DNA of 64,000 nucleotides from Elsinoe ampelina (Eukaryota): NCBI GenBank assembly GCA_010093995.1, contig ML992501.1, positions 2,173,320 to 2,237,319 of the forward strand, read 5' to 3'. Shown piece by piece: positions 62,737 to 64,000 of this stretch (position 1 is its first letter; each line of letters starts with the position of its first letter). The notes under the pieces were generated by a model. It saw only the letters and a program-made list of their open reading frames with translations, ran no database searches and was not told where the DNA came from. The position numbers and the translations under genes were made by a program.

Positions 62737-63533
62737 CTTGACGTGCAGTGCGGGGTCACCTCCAACCGACTGTTAACAGTGTAAGAGGAAGATATATTCG
62801 AGCTTGCGAGTTGACCGACTGAGCCCGTGTCTGCAATTTGAAACTGATGTAGAGGGCGCAGGGATAGTGCGTATCTATTCTGAGCACCTAGGGATACTCG
62901 AGTGACCTTTTCAACAAGGATAGCAGGCTATGCAGACTACTGCAAGACCCATACAGACGGCCACATGCAGGCGTGTTTGCTCCCACGCAGCTCGCATTTC
63001 TTCCGCGGACCCCCAGCTTCTCATTGGGCAGTAGAACTTTGCCTTCTTTTCGGACGACATCAGCTGTGCTGAACTATTGAAGCCACATCGGTTGATGCGG
63101 CAGCCTCACTTTCAACAGCGGCTTGTCGCGAGCTGCGCTCGATAGTGCACACCATCTTCTGGGTAGTGCCGTTTCATGCCTGCAGGGAAGACTTTGGCTG
63201 GGACCTCAGCCCAAGCGCGCGGACCAGGTTACAGCGATTTGAAATGACGCTCGGCGAGGTTACCTGGATTCAGCCAATGATTGCGAGACCGACAATGCAC
63301 GAAGTTATGGCTGCAGGATTCACAGGTCTTCAGCCCATAAGCAGACCTCAGCCGGGGTCATGGAAAGGCACAGTCGTACGTTGCGCTGAAGGTCCATGGT
63401 GAGAAGGACCGACGCCAATATGTCTTAAAAGTGTCCTTGCATGTCCCGCCCAGGAGGAAGCGAATCAGTCATTCATGAAGCTCGCTGAAAGGATACCGGA
63501 CGATAACACAGACATACAAATGCTGGCCCAGTA

Positions 63534-64000
63534 ATGGAGAATCTCCGGGACAAGAAGAACTTCATTGTCGGCGGCCTCAGCAATGTAGGTCAGGCCTTCC
63601 AGGGGAACAGCATTGGCGTATTCCAGCAAACCGGTCAGTCTTTCGACTCGCTGTTGGCTTCCTCATCACTGACCATATTCAAGTCACTGCTGATCATGTT
63701 AATGAGAAGTTAGAGCAGTGCGTCGCTGCTCTATTCTCCACCGATCCCAGAAACACACGCAACACTCTGATAAGATCACATTATCAGTTCACCCACGAGA
63801 CCTGCCAGTGGATACTGCACAATGATGTCTTTCAGCGATGGTTCCAGGGCGAGCCACAGGAATCGCCACTCATTTGGATTTGTGACAAGCCAGGGCAGGG
63901 GAAGACAGCAATGGCGATTTACATTAGCAAACACCTCGAAGAAGTCTACAACGGCGATGACAACACCTGGGTTCTCTACTACTTCTGCGACGCGAATGAC
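63534..64000 (+). CDS. NACHT-domain NLR-like protein (5' part; runs off the window) with N-terminal putative amyloid motif
   Basis: Not in the ORF track. Exon 1 (63534-63633) is MENLRDKKNFIVGGLSNVGQAFQGNSIGVFQQT; intron 63634-63683. Exon 2 is ...CVAALFSTDPR...ETCQWILHNDVFQRW...LIWICDKPGQGKTAMA...VLYYFCD, typical of the pre-NACHT and Walker A region of fungal NLRs. Confidence 0.88.

Overview
Gene-dense eukaryotic DNA from a filamentous ascomycete. Short ~45-60 nt GT-AG introns and CTRAC-type branch sites support this; a Dothideomycete origin is my inference only. About 27 protein-coding genes can be built by hand, mostly housekeeping: TPS2-like, PRE2, AP-1 beta, SCJ1, NAB2, HEM14, SSR4, UTP18, complex I 24-kDa subunit, RSM18, CIA84 and RPL28. 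The window also has two Zn2Cys6 factors, two transporters, a secreted tyrosinase, a copper amine oxidase and a small PTS1-bearing cytochrome b5 missed by the ORF track. No tRNA, rRNA, CRISPR or transposon was recognised. The main finding is at the right end: a head-to-head pair of a SesB-like alpha/beta hydrolase (minus strand) and a NACHT-type NLR (plus strand, truncated by the window edge). They share an 18-aa N/G/Q-rich motif: NFMIGSQSNIGQVFQGNN at the hydrolase C-terminus and NFIVGGLSNVGQAFQGNS at the NLR N-terminus. This is the layout of a fungal amyloid-signalling immune module, and I cannot assign the motif to a known class. Secondary findings: a ~310-nt candidate structured RNA downstream of RPL28, an intron bounded by a 15-nt direct repeat, overlapping CBC/HapX-type motifs upstream of the Fe-S complex I subunit, a Zn-cluster that has lost two cysteines, a ~400-aa N-terminal extension on UTP18, and recurrent C-to-G skew switches. 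All exon models are manual and unverified by RNA data.
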